From contig JADFVX010000100.1 of NCBI GenBank assembly GCA_015222755.1, forward strand, positions 1-52,879: 52,879 nucleotides of DNA. The letters are read 5' to 3'. This document shows, piece by piece, positions 1 through 9,514 of the stretch. The notes below the pieces were generated by a model. That model was not told where the DNA came from. It ran no database searches and saw only the letters and a program-made list of their open reading frames with translations. This DNA comes from Pseudomonadota bacterium. GTDB taxonomy: Bacteria; Desulfobacterota; JADFVX01. Both the position numbers and the translations under genes were made by a program. Numbering within the stretch: the first letter of the stretch is position 1; each line of letters starts with the position of its first letter.

Positions 1-95
1 ATTCTGACCCGCTGGCTGAATATGAAGAGACCCTGCTTAAGGGTGAGGTGTTCAGAAATATTGTGTCTAATATAAAGGGTACTGAAATTGACTGA
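1..95 (+). CDS. 3' end of a chorismate-utilising enzyme (PabB/TrpE family), partial
   Basis: Frame 3 is open from the window edge to TGA at 93-95. It reads SDPLAEYEETLLKGEVFRNIVSNIKGTEID; the 'SDP..EY.ET..K' ending is typical of anthranilate/aminodeoxychorismate synthase component I C-termini. It overlaps the next ORF by 8 nt. Confidence 0.45.
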   Translation, partial: SDPLAEYEETLLKGEVFRNIVSNIKGTEID

Positions 96-951
96 AAAAA
101 TACTTTATGTAAATGGCGAATTTGTAGAAGAGGACAAGGCCACGATATCACCCTTTAACCGGGGCTTTTTATACGGAGATGGGCTTTTCGAGACTGTACG
201 CAGCTACAAGGGGCGTTTGTTTGCACTGGAGGATCACTTCCTGAGGATGGAGGAGTCTGCCGCTTTTCTGCGAATACCTCTCCCCTTTGATTTCAAGCAA
301 TTGCAGGAGCTTCTCCAACTACTCCTGAAGAAAAACAAGCTGGAGACGGATGATGGTCGTGTCAGGATTAACCTTGCCCGTGGCGGGGCGAAGAAGGGAC
401 TTTTTGCTGAGGAGGGTATCCCTTCAGAGCTGGTCATCACTGTTGAGGCCGTGTCTCCCGGCATTGAACGGATACAGCGTGAGGGGGTAAAGCTGGCAAT
501 AATACACGATATCCGTATCGACAGCCGCTCACCGCTGTCATCACACAAGACCTTTAATTATATCCCCGGTGTTTTGGGCTTGATGCAGGTAGAGGCTGCG
601 GGTGGAGATGAAGGGGTTTTTCTAAGTTATGAAGGAAATGTCATTGAAGGTGTCACCAGTAATATTTTTATGGTGAAGGAAGGAAGGCTCTTCACACCAC
701 CCCTTTCTTCAGGTCTTCTCCCCGGCATTACACGTAAAAAAGTGATAGAAGTGGCGCAAGCTGAGGGATTTGAAGTCAGTGAGTCAGACATAGGAGAGGA
801 GGAACTTTTTGCTGCCCATGAAATATTTATTACCAGTTCCGTGCGCGAAGTTGTCCCAGTTGTAGCTCTTGACGGTAAAACCTTTCAGATCGGCGCCGTA
901 ACAAGAGCTGTTCAGGATGCATACAAAAATCATCTTCGCGAGGTGCTGTAG
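88..951 (+). CDS. pabC: class IV (fold type IV) aminotransferase, aminodeoxychorismate lyase-like
   Basis: 287-aa ORF with a TTG start. The N-terminal 'NRGFLYGDGLFET' motif and overall length fit the IlvE/Dat/PabC family. The 8-nt overlap with an upstream PabB-like 3' end favours PabC. Confidence 0.7.
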   Translation: MTEKILYVNGEFVEEDKATISPFNRGFLYGDGLFETVRSYKGRLFALEDHFLRMEESAAFLRIPLPFDFKQLQELLQLLLKKNKLETDDGRVRINLARGGAKKGLFAEEGIPSELVITVEAVSPGIERIQREGVKLAIIHDIRIDSRSPLSSHKTFNYIPGVLGLMQVEAAGGDEGVFLSYEGNVIEGVTSNIFMVKEGRLFTPPLSSGLLPGITRKKVIEVAQAEGFEVSESDIGEEELFAAHEIFITSSVREVVPVVALDGKTFQIGAVTRAVQDAYKNHLREVL

Positions 952-1029
952 CCCCCTCTCTTCGTTGACAGTAAGGCGGCCGGAAGTGTATACTGCTTGG
1001 TTCAAAAAAAGATTGCCAAGGAGATTTTT

Positions 1030-1698
1030 ATGTCAACAGAACTTAAACTTTCATCCCCTGATCTCGACGAACTGTCTGCTGCAGTCAGCGGACTTGGGAT
1101 TCAAGAAAAGCTGCTTGTAGAATGCACTGAGGATTTTTTCTCTATCATTCCAGAGCTCCAGAAGAACCTGCCGGACACCTTTCTCTGGGCCCCGCTTATT
1201 GCAGGACCTGATGTCTGGAAGGGGGAGATATGGAAGACTTCCGATGAAAGCCTGCATGAGAGTGTCATTGGTTACATGTCCTATGATCACAAGCGCTGTG
1301 ATGAGCTTTACGCAGAGGCTGAGGCTGCATGGAATGAGGGAAATCCTGAGCTTGCCGCTGAAAAGCTAAAGTCCTTTGACCTCGGCATGAAGCGTCACCT
1401 GGGCGAAGAGGAAAACATCCTCTTCCCGGCTTTTGCCGAAGCCACCGGTATGGTAGGCGGTCCCGTTCAGGTCATGCTAATGGAGCACGATCAGATGCGA
1501 GGCGTCCTTACACAGATTTCCGAGGCAATGGCGGCTAATGATATGGATACTGCCATAGCTCTTGGCGATACTATGGTCATACTCATGCAGCAGCATAACG
1601 TCAAGGAAGAAGGGATACTTTACCCGATGATCGAGCAGCATATAGAGGGCTCGATGCAGGAAAAGATCCGCAGCTTGCAGACCTATATAGCGTCGTAG
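1030..1698 (+). CDS. hemerythrin (HHE cation-binding) domain protein with a degenerate DUF2249-like N-terminus
   Basis: Start moved to ATG 1030 (AAGGAG lies 7 nt upstream). The C-terminal half has 'DHKRCDELY', 'HLGEEENILFP', 'MEHDQMR' and 'QHNVKEEGILYP' His/Glu repeats typical of hemerythrin/RIC-like domains. The N-terminal end 'GPDVWKGEIWK' resembles the DUF2249 tail. Confidence 0.75.
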   Translation: MSTELKLSSPDLDELSAAVSGLGIQEKLLVECTEDFFSIIPELQKNLPDTFLWAPLIAGPDVWKGEIWKTSDESLHESVIGYMSYDHKRCDELYAEAEAAWNEGNPELAAEKLKSFDLGMKRHLGEEENILFPAFAEATGMVGGPVQVMLMEHDQMRGVLTQISEAMAANDMDTAIALGDTMVILMQQHNVKEEGILYPMIEQHIEGSMQEKIRSLQTYIAS

Positions 1699-1705
1699 AC
1701 GGGGC

Positions 1706-1945
1706 ATGTCAGGCGCCTACTCCTCCAAAAAGATCATAGCCCTAGACTGTAGAGATCTTGAGCCTCCTGAGCCTATGGTGAGAGTGCTTGAGGCGGTTCA
1801 GGCAATGACAGCTGACGAGGCGGTTTTAATGATCCACAGAAAGGTGCCTCGCCTCCTTTTGCCGAGACTCAAAGAACTGGGCCTGACGTTTGAACTTGTC
1901 GAAGAACAGGCCGATAGCGTCAAACTTTATATCTGGAGAGATTAA
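1706..1945 (+). CDS. DUF2249-like (TusA/SirA-fold, Cys-less) small protein
   Basis: 79 aa. 'LDCRDLEPPEPMVRVLEAV...DEAVLMIH' follows the TusA-like layout, but the CP cysteine is replaced by PP, as in DUF2249. It starts 7 nt after the hemerythrin stop. Confidence 0.65.
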   Translation: MSGAYSSKKIIALDCRDLEPPEPMVRVLEAVQAMTADEAVLMIHRKVPRLLLPRLKELGLTFELVEEQADSVKLYIWRD

Positions 1946-1948
1946 TAT

Positions 1949-3229
1949 ATGTATGCTGGCGTCAGTTTGGACCAGGCCCCGCCGGAAGATATACCCGTCC
2001 GTTTTTTTCTGTCTGCCCCTGTTTTCGGCATCATTGCCGGTCTTTTGATCCTGTGGGACGGAGGAGATCTCTTTGTCAGTAACTGGGGGACGTCGACGAT
2101 TGCTCTGACGCACCTTTTTACGCTGGGCTGGCTTGCCATGATAATGATGGGTTCCTTTTACCAGATGGTGCCTGTGCTGGTCGGAGGTACGGTACCTTAC
2201 ATTATGGCGGCAAGGAAGGTACATGCCATGTTTGCCGCAGGGGTCGTGCTGATAGTTGCCGGTATATATCTTCTGTCGGAGCCTCTCATTACTATTGCAT
2301 CACTGCTGCTGCTTGTCTCGCTCCTTTTCTTTGTCATTCAGCTTGGCATAGCCCTTCTCAAGGTCAAGGCCGACAGGCCCACTGTTCTTGCCATGCGCAT
2401 ATCCATTGCTGCTCTTCTTGTGACAGTGCTCTTGGGGTTTTTCTTTTCCGGCGGCCATGCCGGGTTTTGGGAGCTTCCTGATAACAGGGTCCAGATGACG
2501 GGTATTCACCTTACTCTGGGTTTGTTCGGCTGGGTCGGGTCTCTTATAATGGGCGTTGGTTTTCACGTCATACCCATGTTTTACATGACGCCGGAATTTC
2601 CATCTGAAAAAAGTTTTTCCATCCTACTTGCCTACACCAGTTCATTGATTCTGTTGCCCCTTAGCCTCCTGGCCGATGGGGGGGGGATGCTCTCTTTGAT
2701 GGCAGGCCTGCCAGCTTTAGCCGCAATGCTTGTTTTTACAAAAATAATGTTAGACCTTATAAAAAACAGAAAGCGAAAGATCGTGGATGTAACTCTACGT
2801 TCATGGCAGGTGGCCCTTGTGCTTTTACCACTGGCCCTGCTGGCTTTTGTGCTATGCCAGCTTACAGATCACCCCGCTTTTATTTTTTCCTTTGGAATTA
2901 TTTTTATTGCTGGTTTTGGACTTACCGTGACGACAGGGATGCTATACAAGATCCTCCCCTTTCTTATATGGTTTCACCGCTTCAGTCTTCTCATAGGAAA
3001 GGTGCCAGTACCGCTGATGAGAGATATTTCTCCAGATAAGCCGGCGCAAAAACAGATAAGGCTCTTTTGGGCGGCACTGCTGCTTCTGATTATTGGCGCA
3101 ATTTTTGAGTCAGGGATGCTTGTGCGGCTTGGGGGGCTCTTTTTTGCCACTTCATCACTCCTTTTAATGGTCAACCTCCTGCGGATGGTCAGAATGAAGG
3201 CGCCTGAGCTACCGGAGCAGACCACTTGA
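1949..3229 (+). CDS. polytopic inner-membrane protein with repeated His motifs (distantly NnrS-like?)
   Basis: 426 aa, hydrophobic almost throughout (about 12 TM segments by eye). GGAGAG lies 8 nt upstream of the ATG. There is an internal repeat: 'THLFTLGWLAMIMMGSFYQMVP' and 'GIHLTLGLFGWVGSLIMGVGFHVIP'. The family assignment is tentative. Confidence 0.7.
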   Translation: MYAGVSLDQAPPEDIPVRFFLSAPVFGIIAGLLILWDGGDLFVSNWGTSTIALTHLFTLGWLAMIMMGSFYQMVPVLVGGTVPYIMAARKVHAMFAAGVVLIVAGIYLLSEPLITIASLLLLVSLLFFVIQLGIALLKVKADRPTVLAMRISIAALLVTVLLGFFFSGGHAGFWELPDNRVQMTGIHLTLGLFGWVGSLIMGVGFHVIPMFYMTPEFPSEKSFSILLAYTSSLILLPLSLLADGGGMLSLMAGLPALAAMLVFTKIMLDLIKNRKRKIVDVTLRSWQVALVLLPLALLAFVLCQLTDHPAFIFSFGIIFIAGFGLTVTTGMLYKILPFLIWFHRFSLLIGKVPVPLMRDISPDKPAQKQIRLFWAALLLLIIGAIFESGMLVRLGGLFFATSSLLLMVNLLRMVRMKAPELPEQTT

Positions 3230-4452
3230 CCATCATACCTAACATTTTATCCCTAAATAGATCTCTCTTGCCTGATCGCTTATCTTTAGTCTTCGCAGTT
3301 TTCTTTCTTTTTCCTCTTGTCTCGGCCTTTGCCGGAGAACAAAGGGTTCCGGGTATAGTTGAGCCAAGCATTGACTACCTGTCAAATCTGGTCCCTCTAA
3401 AGCCGGAAGGCTCATTTGAAGTCGATAAAATTGTTCCTCTAATCGAATTTGTCGCCGCTGAAAAGAATGCTGAAATGCTTCACGCCGGCCAGAGGGATGG
3501 AGCTAATTCAGCATACTATGAGTTTGATATTGAATCCAGTCTGTATAAAATACTACATTATGCATTCAATCCCGACATTCCAACACAGGTTTTTCGCCCT
3601 TCTTCGCTTCGCTCATCTTACTGGACCAACAATAAAGGTCTGATGCCAGCGCTTTGGGAAAAACTGGATCTCCTTGAGAATCCACTTGTCTTTTCCGGCG
3701 TGGAAAGGGAGGTAATAACTCCCGATACTAATACGGGTGCCTACTATCAGTATGATCAGGATAAAACTCTGCTACTGTTTAAATATAAAGGCAAAAATGC
3801 CTTTGCAGTACTTTCCCGGCAAAAAGGTGAATCAGGTGTCGGCAGAAAAGGCGTGGTCATTGGCCCCGATAAGGACTGGAACTATTTTTATTCAGGTAAA
3901 AAAGGTCTGACTAAAAAAGGGCTGGGATGGGTCAAGTCCCGCATGTATAATTCTTTTTCCATTTCTTTATTTTATGAGAAAGGAGAAATAAATGGGAAGG
4001 TTCGCTGCGCAACATTTAGCTGGATGAGTGCCGGATGGTCAGGCATTAATATGGTTAAAACAAAGCATATCCTCAAGGGAATTAAGCGTTATGCATCGGA
4101 CTTTGAGTTTATAATGGAATCCCCAAGCCTGCCTTCAGCTGAAGATCTGGCTGCTAAGCTTTCTGAACTTAAAGCTCTAAGTCATGAAGAGAGAAGGATG
4201 AGGCTTGCACCTATGCTTAGTTTTTTCCTGAAAGAGAGTGACAGGGGTAAGTCCCTTGCTCGACCGGCTTTTGCAAAACTTGTAAAGAAGGGGGAGTACT
4301 TTGCTCGGATGAGTGATGAACAGGTAGAGAGTGCACTTTTTACGGAAGAGATGAAGTGTATACTGGACAAGGGGTGCAGAACCCCTGTAATCAGGCCTGC
4401 TTCGCCTCCTCTTGCAAGAGGGAAGACGACAATTAAAAACCTGCAAAATTAA
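3226..4452 (+). CDS. secreted protein of unknown function
   Basis: 408 aa. The TTG start overlaps the upstream TGA (cttgacc). The N-terminal signal peptide ends in 'VSAFA-GEQ'. I recognise no family. Confidence 0.6.
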   Translation: MTIIPNILSLNRSLLPDRLSLVFAVFFLFPLVSAFAGEQRVPGIVEPSIDYLSNLVPLKPEGSFEVDKIVPLIEFVAAEKNAEMLHAGQRDGANSAYYEFDIESSLYKILHYAFNPDIPTQVFRPSSLRSSYWTNNKGLMPALWEKLDLLENPLVFSGVEREVITPDTNTGAYYQYDQDKTLLLFKYKGKNAFAVLSRQKGESGVGRKGVVIGPDKDWNYFYSGKKGLTKKGLGWVKSRMYNSFSISLFYEKGEINGKVRCATFSWMSAGWSGINMVKTKHILKGIKRYASDFEFIMESPSLPSAEDLAAKLSELKALSHEERRMRLAPMLSFFLKESDRGKSLARPAFAKLVKKGEYFARMSDEQVESALFTEEMKCILDKGCRTPVIRPASPPLARGKTTIKNLQN

Positions 4453-4473
4453 ACCTCATTCATAGGAGAGACG

Positions 4474-5493
4474 ATGAATTACGATGTAATTGGTATCGGC
4501 AATGCTCTGGTAGATATACAGACCAAGCTTACAGAAGAAGAACTGAATAAGTTGAATTACCCTAAAGGGGGCATGACACTTTCTTCACCAACAGAACAGG
4601 GGGAAATTCTTGAGGCACTGGAAGCCTACACACACTCACCAACGATCTGTTCCGGAGGTTCTGCTGCTAACACCATACACGGGATAGGTGCTTTAAATGG
4701 GCGCGCATATTACATAGGACGCGTTGCCAACGATGGGTACGGCAGACACTATACCCAGGATATGGCAGACTGTGGTGTGGGATTCCCCGGCCCCGGAGCT
4801 GAAGATTCTGGTACCGGCACATCGCTTGTCCTTATTACCCCTGATGCGCAAAGAACGATGGTGACCGACCTCGGCATTTCAACGGCCCTGCACTCTGATA
4901 ATGTGGATGAGACAATAGTGGCGGGGGCCAAATTTGTATACATAGAAGGCTACCTGTGGACGGGTGAAGACACAAAAAAAGCTGCTATGAAATTGGCGAG
5001 GACGGCAAGAAAGGCAGGTGTACCGGTCGCTTTCACCTTAAGTGATGCATTTATTGTAGATAATTTCAAAAAGGACCTGCTGGATTTTATAAAGTGGGAT
5101 GTAGACATACTTTTTTGTAACGAAGTTGAGGGTTTGGCCCTTGCCGAGGAAGAGGATGCAGGCAAGGCATTTGATACTGTTGCCGCCATGTGTGAATATC
5201 TTTTCTTTACCCGTGGTCAAGAAGGGGCCTGGGCCTGTCATAGAGGAGGAGAGCGCTTAACGGTCAAGGGTTATCAGGTCGATGCCGTAGATACAACTGG
5301 TGCTGGCGACCTGTTTGCTGCCGGCGTGCTTACGGGAATGATTCACAAAAAACCTCTTAAAGAGTGCGTTATACTTGGCAATTATTGTGCCGGCCAGGTT
5401 GTTACCCATCTGGGGGCAAGGATGCCTGCACATTCACATACAAACATAAATAAAATTATAAGTGACTACCCTCATAAAGAGGGCGAGGCTTAA
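4474..5493 (+). CDS. PfkB-family kinase, adenosine kinase-like
   Basis: N-terminal 'DVIGIGNALVDI', 'GGSAANT' and C-terminal 'DTTGAGDLFAAG' are PfkB signatures. There is an AGGAGA RBS. Confidence 0.85.
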   Translation: MNYDVIGIGNALVDIQTKLTEEELNKLNYPKGGMTLSSPTEQGEILEALEAYTHSPTICSGGSAANTIHGIGALNGRAYYIGRVANDGYGRHYTQDMADCGVGFPGPGAEDSGTGTSLVLITPDAQRTMVTDLGISTALHSDNVDETIVAGAKFVYIEGYLWTGEDTKKAAMKLARTARKAGVPVAFTLSDAFIVDNFKKDLLDFIKWDVDILFCNEVEGLALAEEEDAGKAFDTVAAMCEYLFFTRGQEGAWACHRGGERLTVKGYQVDAVDTTGAGDLFAAGVLTGMIHKKPLKECVILGNYCAGQVVTHLGARMPAHSHTNINKIISDYPHKEGEA

Positions 5494-5596
5494 AGAATTC
5501 CAGGTCAAGACCATAAAGCTCCCTGGTTGAAAAAAACAGGTTTAACCTCTTTAAGGGTAGGATGTTTAAAAGAAAGCTTAAAAACAGTAGCTGAGC

Positions 5597-6454
5597 TTAC
5601 CCCTCTTCCTCAAGGTAAAGCTTAAGCCCATCCCGCCAGTGCGGGATTTCCTGTGATGTTGTTTCTTTGTACTTTGCCTTGTCAAGAACGGAATACACAG
5701 GTCTTTTTGCAGGGGTTGGGTAGTCTTCCGTCAGTATGGGCCTTAGTTTCTTTAGTTTAAATTTTTCTCCCATCTCTTCTGCGACGCCTATGATCTCATG
5801 TGCGAAGTCGTACCAGCTGCACACCCCTTCGTTGGAAAAATGATATATACCGGAAGCCTTATTTTCTATTAAGTTAATAATCCCCTCAGCCAGGTCCTTT
5901 GTATAGGTCGGTGTGCCCGTCTGGTCATATACTATGCCAAGCTTGTCCCTCTCTGATGCAAGCCTGAGGATTGTTTTTACAAAGTTATTGCCATTTTTCC
6001 CGTATAGCCATGATGTGCGGACTATAAGGTAGTTATCTGTCGTGTTTTTTATTGAAATTTCTCCAGCCAGTTTTGATACACCGTATATAGCTATGGGATT
6101 TGTTGCATCATCCTCTGTGTAGGGCTGGTTGTTTTCCCCGTCAAAGACAAAATCGGTGGATATATGTACCAGTTTTGCACCTATCTCCCTGCATGCCCTT
6201 GCCAGGTTTTCCGACCCCTCCCTGTTGGTCTTAAAGGCCGTTTCCTTGTCTGATTCTGCCTTATCTACAGCAGTGTATGCCGCGCAGTTTATGACTATGT
6301 CCGGCATATAGGCTTTAAGGTTTTTATCTACCTTATCCAGATCTGCAATGTCAAAGTCAGGACGGGAACCGCAGCGCACCTCCCCCTTTTGTTCAAGCAA
6401 GGGGATCAGGTCTGATGCAAGCATGCTCCGTGCACCTGCTACAAAAAATCTCAT
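5597..6454 (-). CDS. rfbD: dTDP-4-dehydrorhamnose reductase
   Basis: 285 aa. 'DIVINCAAYTAVDKAE', 'HISTDFVFDG', 'YTEDD..NP...YG.SKL.GE' and 'RTSWLYG' match the RmlD family. Confidence 0.85.
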   Translation of the reverse strand: MRFFVAGARSMLASDLIPLLEQKGEVRCGSRPDFDIADLDKVDKNLKAYMPDIVINCAAYTAVDKAESDKETAFKTNREGSENLARACREIGAKLVHISTDFVFDGENNQPYTEDDATNPIAIYGVSKLAGEISIKNTTDNYLIVRTSWLYGKNGNNFVKTILRLASERDKLGIVYDQTGTPTYTKDLAEGIINLIENKASGIYHFSNEGVCSWYDFAHEIIGVAEEMGEKFKLKKLRPILTEDYPTPAKRPVYSVLDKAKYKETTSQEIPHWRDGLKLYLEEEG

Positions 6455-6710
6455 GATAGCCTCTTATGTTTCATTAATGATAAGTCTAATGCCTGTTAAT
6501 ATAACGCAAATACTGCTTTGGAATCAAATTAAGAAGTTTGAAACAGGGGGGTATAGCTCCTTTTTCAAAAAAGACCTCATGACATTTATTTAGCATGGCT
6601 CTGTGAAGATGTTTACAAATACCATTTACACACTGGAAGAATCTCCTTGCAGGGGTAGATCATTCATACGTTGATTTTGAACAATCCTGCTTCCCCATAG
6701 CTCTGACATA

Positions 6711-6739
6711 TTGACAGCCTTCAATTCCGTAATTATATT
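6711..6739 (+). promoter_or_regulatory. sigma70-type promoter candidate for clpB
   Basis: TTGACA (6711-6716), a 17-nt spacer, then TATATT (6734-6739), about 40 nt upstream of the clpB ATG. Confidence 0.45.
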
Positions 6740-6780
6740 TACAGTGCAACAGGAAAAAACATAGGGGTAGTAATATTTTA

Positions 6781-9378
6781 ATGCGTTTTGACAAATTCAC
6801 ATTAAAGTCTCAGGAAGCTCTGGCAGAGGCACAGTCGATTGCCGAGCGTAAAAACCACTCGCAGATAGAGGTGGAGCACCTCCTTCTGGCCCTTCTTGAG
6901 CAAAGCGAAGGAATAGTGGCGCCACTGCTAAAGAAATGCGGCACCGACGTTTCCATTCTAAGAAGCAGACTTGAAGAGATAATAGAGAGGCGCCCAAAGG
7001 TATACGGCGAAGGATCAGGTCAGGTCTTCATGTCGGCAGCACTTAGCCAGTGCTTCATTCGGGCAGAAAAGGAAGCTGAGAAACTAAAGGATGAATACGT
7101 AAGTACGGAACATCTCTTAATCTCAATTGTAAGCGGGAAAGACACAGATCCAGCCCGCCTCTTGGCAGAATCAGACATAGATGAGAACAAGATATTAAAG
7201 GCATTACAAGATATAAGGGGGAGCCAGAGAGTGACAGACCAGAACCCGGAAGGGAAATACCAGGCACTTGAAAAATACTCACGGGACCTCATAGACCTTG
7301 CCAGAAAGGGAAAGCTAGATCCCGTCATAGGCCGCGACGAAGAGGTGAGAAGGGTCATTCAGGTCCTCTCCCGACGGACAAAAAATAACCCCGTTCTAAT
7401 CGGTGAACCGGGGGTAGGAAAGACGGCCATAGCCGAAGGGCTGGCCCAGCGTATAGTCTCCGGCGATGTCCCTGAAACTCTGAAGAACAAACGCCTCGTA
7501 GCCCTCGACATGGGGGCACTTATCGCCGGTGCAAAGTTTCGTGGAGAATTCGAGGAGCGACTAAAGGCGGTGCTGAAGGAGATAGCAGATGCCGAGGGTT
7601 CAGTGATCCTCTTTATAGACGAGCTGCATACACTTGTAGGCGCAGGTGCAGCGGAAGGTGCCATGGACGCCTCCAATATGCTGAAACCGGCCCTTGCCAG
7701 AGGGGAGCTCCACTGTATTGGGGCAACCACACTGGACGAGTATCGCAAGTATATTGAAAAGGACGCGGCACTGGAGCGGCGCTTCCAGCAGGTATATACC
7801 TGCGAGCCTAACGTGGAGGACACCATAGCCATCCTGCGAGGATTAAAAGAACGCTACGAGGTGCATCATGGTGTGAGGATCAAAGACAACGCCATAGTCG
7901 CAGCAGCCACCCTTTCCAACCGCTACATCACCGACCGTTTTCTCCCGGATAAAGCAATAGACCTAATCGACGAGGCGGCATCGCGCCTCAGGATAGAGAT
8001 AGACTCCCTCCCAACGGAAATTGACGAGGTGGAACGCAAGGTGATACAGCTGCAGATCGAACGGGAGGCGCTTAAGAAGGAAAAGGACAAGCTGTCTAAG
8101 GAACGGCTTGCAGGCCTGGAAAAGGAGCTGGCCGACCTCAAGGAAAAATCGGCACATATGAAGGCCCACTGGCAAACGGAAAAAGATGCCATACAATCTA
8201 TACGTGACTGCAAGGAGCAGACAGAGGCTACAAAGCTTGCGGCGCAGCAGGCCGAACGGGACGGCAATCTGGAAAAAGCGGCGGAACTGCGCTATGGTCG
8301 TCTCATAGAACTGGAAAAAAAGCTGGCAAAGGAAAACAATAGACTTGCCGAGTGTCAGGCGGAAAAAAAGATGCTTTCCGAAGAGGTGGATGAAGAAGAT
8401 GTGGCCCAGATAGTATCAAAATGGACCGGCATTCCTGTCTCACGCATGATGGAAGGGGAGATGGACAAACTCCTGAAGACAGAGGAACGCCTGGGCCTTA
8501 GGGTGGTTGGTCAGGATGAGGCAATAACTGCCATTGCTAATGCTGTAAGACGTTCCCGCGCCGGTCTGCAGGATCCTGACAGACCAATTGGCTCTTTCAT
8601 ATTTATGGGGCCAACAGGCGTTGGTAAGACGGAGCTTGCACGTGCACTGGCGGAATTTCTCTTCGATGATGAACAGGCAATGGTACGCATTGACATGAGT
8701 GAGTACATGGAGAAGCACAGCGTCTCACGTCTTATAGGGGCACCTCCCGGCTATGTCGGATACGAAGAAGGGGGACAGCTCACAGAAGCGGTGCGGCGCA
8801 GGCCCTATGCCGTCATACTTCTTGACGAGATAGAAAAGGCGCACAATGACGTCTTCAATGTACTGCTGCAACTGCTGGATGATGGCCGCATGACAGACGG
8901 TCAGGGAAGGACTGTGGATTTCCGCAATACTATTATAATCATGACATCAAACGTCGGAAGCCGCCACATCCAGGACTTTGAAGAAAAAGAATACGAGGCC
9001 ATGAAGGCGGCCGTCTGGGCAGAACTTCAGTCTCAGTTTAAACCTGAGTTCATCAACCGTGTCGATGATGTGGTCATCTTCCGACCTCTGGGACTGGAAC
9101 AAATAAAGGTGATAATAGATATTCAACTGGAACGACTGAAAAAACTACTGGAGGAAAAGAAACTTACACTCAAGCTGACAGAAGCGGCAAAAGAGAAGCT
9201 TGCTTTAGCAGGCTACGATCCCCATTTCGGTGCACGACCGCTAAAAAGGGCTATCCAGCATGAGGTGCAGGACCCGCTTGCCATGGAGATACTGTCAGGG
9301 AAGTTTTCTGAGGGTGATGTCATTATGGCAGATATTTCAAAAGAAAAGAAGGACAAGCTGGTCTTCACAAAGAAATAG
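6781..9378 (+). CDS. clpB: ATP-dependent chaperone/disaggregase ClpB
   Basis: 865 aa. It has a Clp N-domain, two AAA+ modules ([16 protein letters not shown]), a long coiled-coil middle domain and the 'RPLKR' C-terminal motif. Confidence 0.97.
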   Translation: MRFDKFTLKSQEALAEAQSIAERKNHSQIEVEHLLLALLEQSEGIVAPLLKKCGTDVSILRSRLEEIIERRPKVYGEGSGQVFMSAALSQCFIRAEKEAEKLKDEYVSTEHLLISIVSGKDTDPARLLAESDIDENKILKALQDIRGSQRVTDQNPEGKYQALEKYSRDLIDLARKGKLDPVIGRDEEVRRVIQVLSRRTKNNPVLIGEPGVGKTAIAEGLAQRIVSGDVPETLKNKRLVALDMGALIAGAKFRGEFEERLKAVLKEIADAEGSVILFIDELHTLVGAGAAEGAMDASNMLKPALARGELHCIGATTLDEYRKYIEKDAALERRFQQVYTCEPNVEDTIAILRGLKERYEVHHGVRIKDNAIVAAATLSNRYITDRFLPDKAIDLIDEAASRLRIEIDSLPTEIDEVERKVIQLQIEREALKKEKDKLSKERLAGLEKELADLKEKSAHMKAHWQTEKDAIQSIRDCKEQTEATKLAAQQAERDGNLEKAAELRYGRLIELEKKLAKENNRLAECQAEKKMLSEEVDEEDVAQIVSKWTGIPVSRMMEGEMDKLLKTEERLGLRVVGQDEAITAIANAVRRSRAGLQDPDRPIGSFIFMGPTGVGKTELARALAEFLFDDEQAMVRIDMSEYMEKHSVSRLIGAPPGYVGYEEGGQLTEAVRRRPYAVILLDEIEKAHNDVFNVLLQLLDDGRMTDGQGRTVDFRNTIIIMTSNVGSRHIQDFEEKEYEAMKAAVWAELQSQFKPEFINRVDDVVIFRPLGLEQIKVIIDIQLERLKKLLEEKKLTLKLTEAAKEKLALAGYDPHFGARPLKRAIQHEVQDPLAMEILSGKFSEGDVIMADISKEKKDKLVFTKK

Positions 9379-9514
9379 TTGTTTGTTTCAGCGCGACGGT
9401 AGATTGCGGCAAGACCTCATTTGATCCAACTGTACAGGACATTGCCACATCGCACCCGCTGGTCGCCATTTCAGGACTTCCCTTGGTCGTAACAACTGGC
9501 AGACAGCTATCGTT

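Noticed and set aside
6677-6698. Sigma32-like heat-shock promoter upstream of clpB (TTGAA ... CCCCAT)
   Set aside because: Both hexamer cores are present, but only 11 nt separate them, against the 13-17 nt of known sigma32 promoters. The better-formed sigma70 promoter at 6711-6739 is reported instead. I also saw no CIRCE element.
7020-8267. Several 100-160 aa minus-strand ORFs inside clpB (7020..7358, 7359..7832, 7923..8267)
   Set aside because: They lie antisense to an unambiguous, full-length ClpB. Their products are low-complexity Ser/Arg/Ala-rich strings, as expected from reading a Glu/Leu/Lys-rich gene backwards. They have no RBS and no family resemblance.
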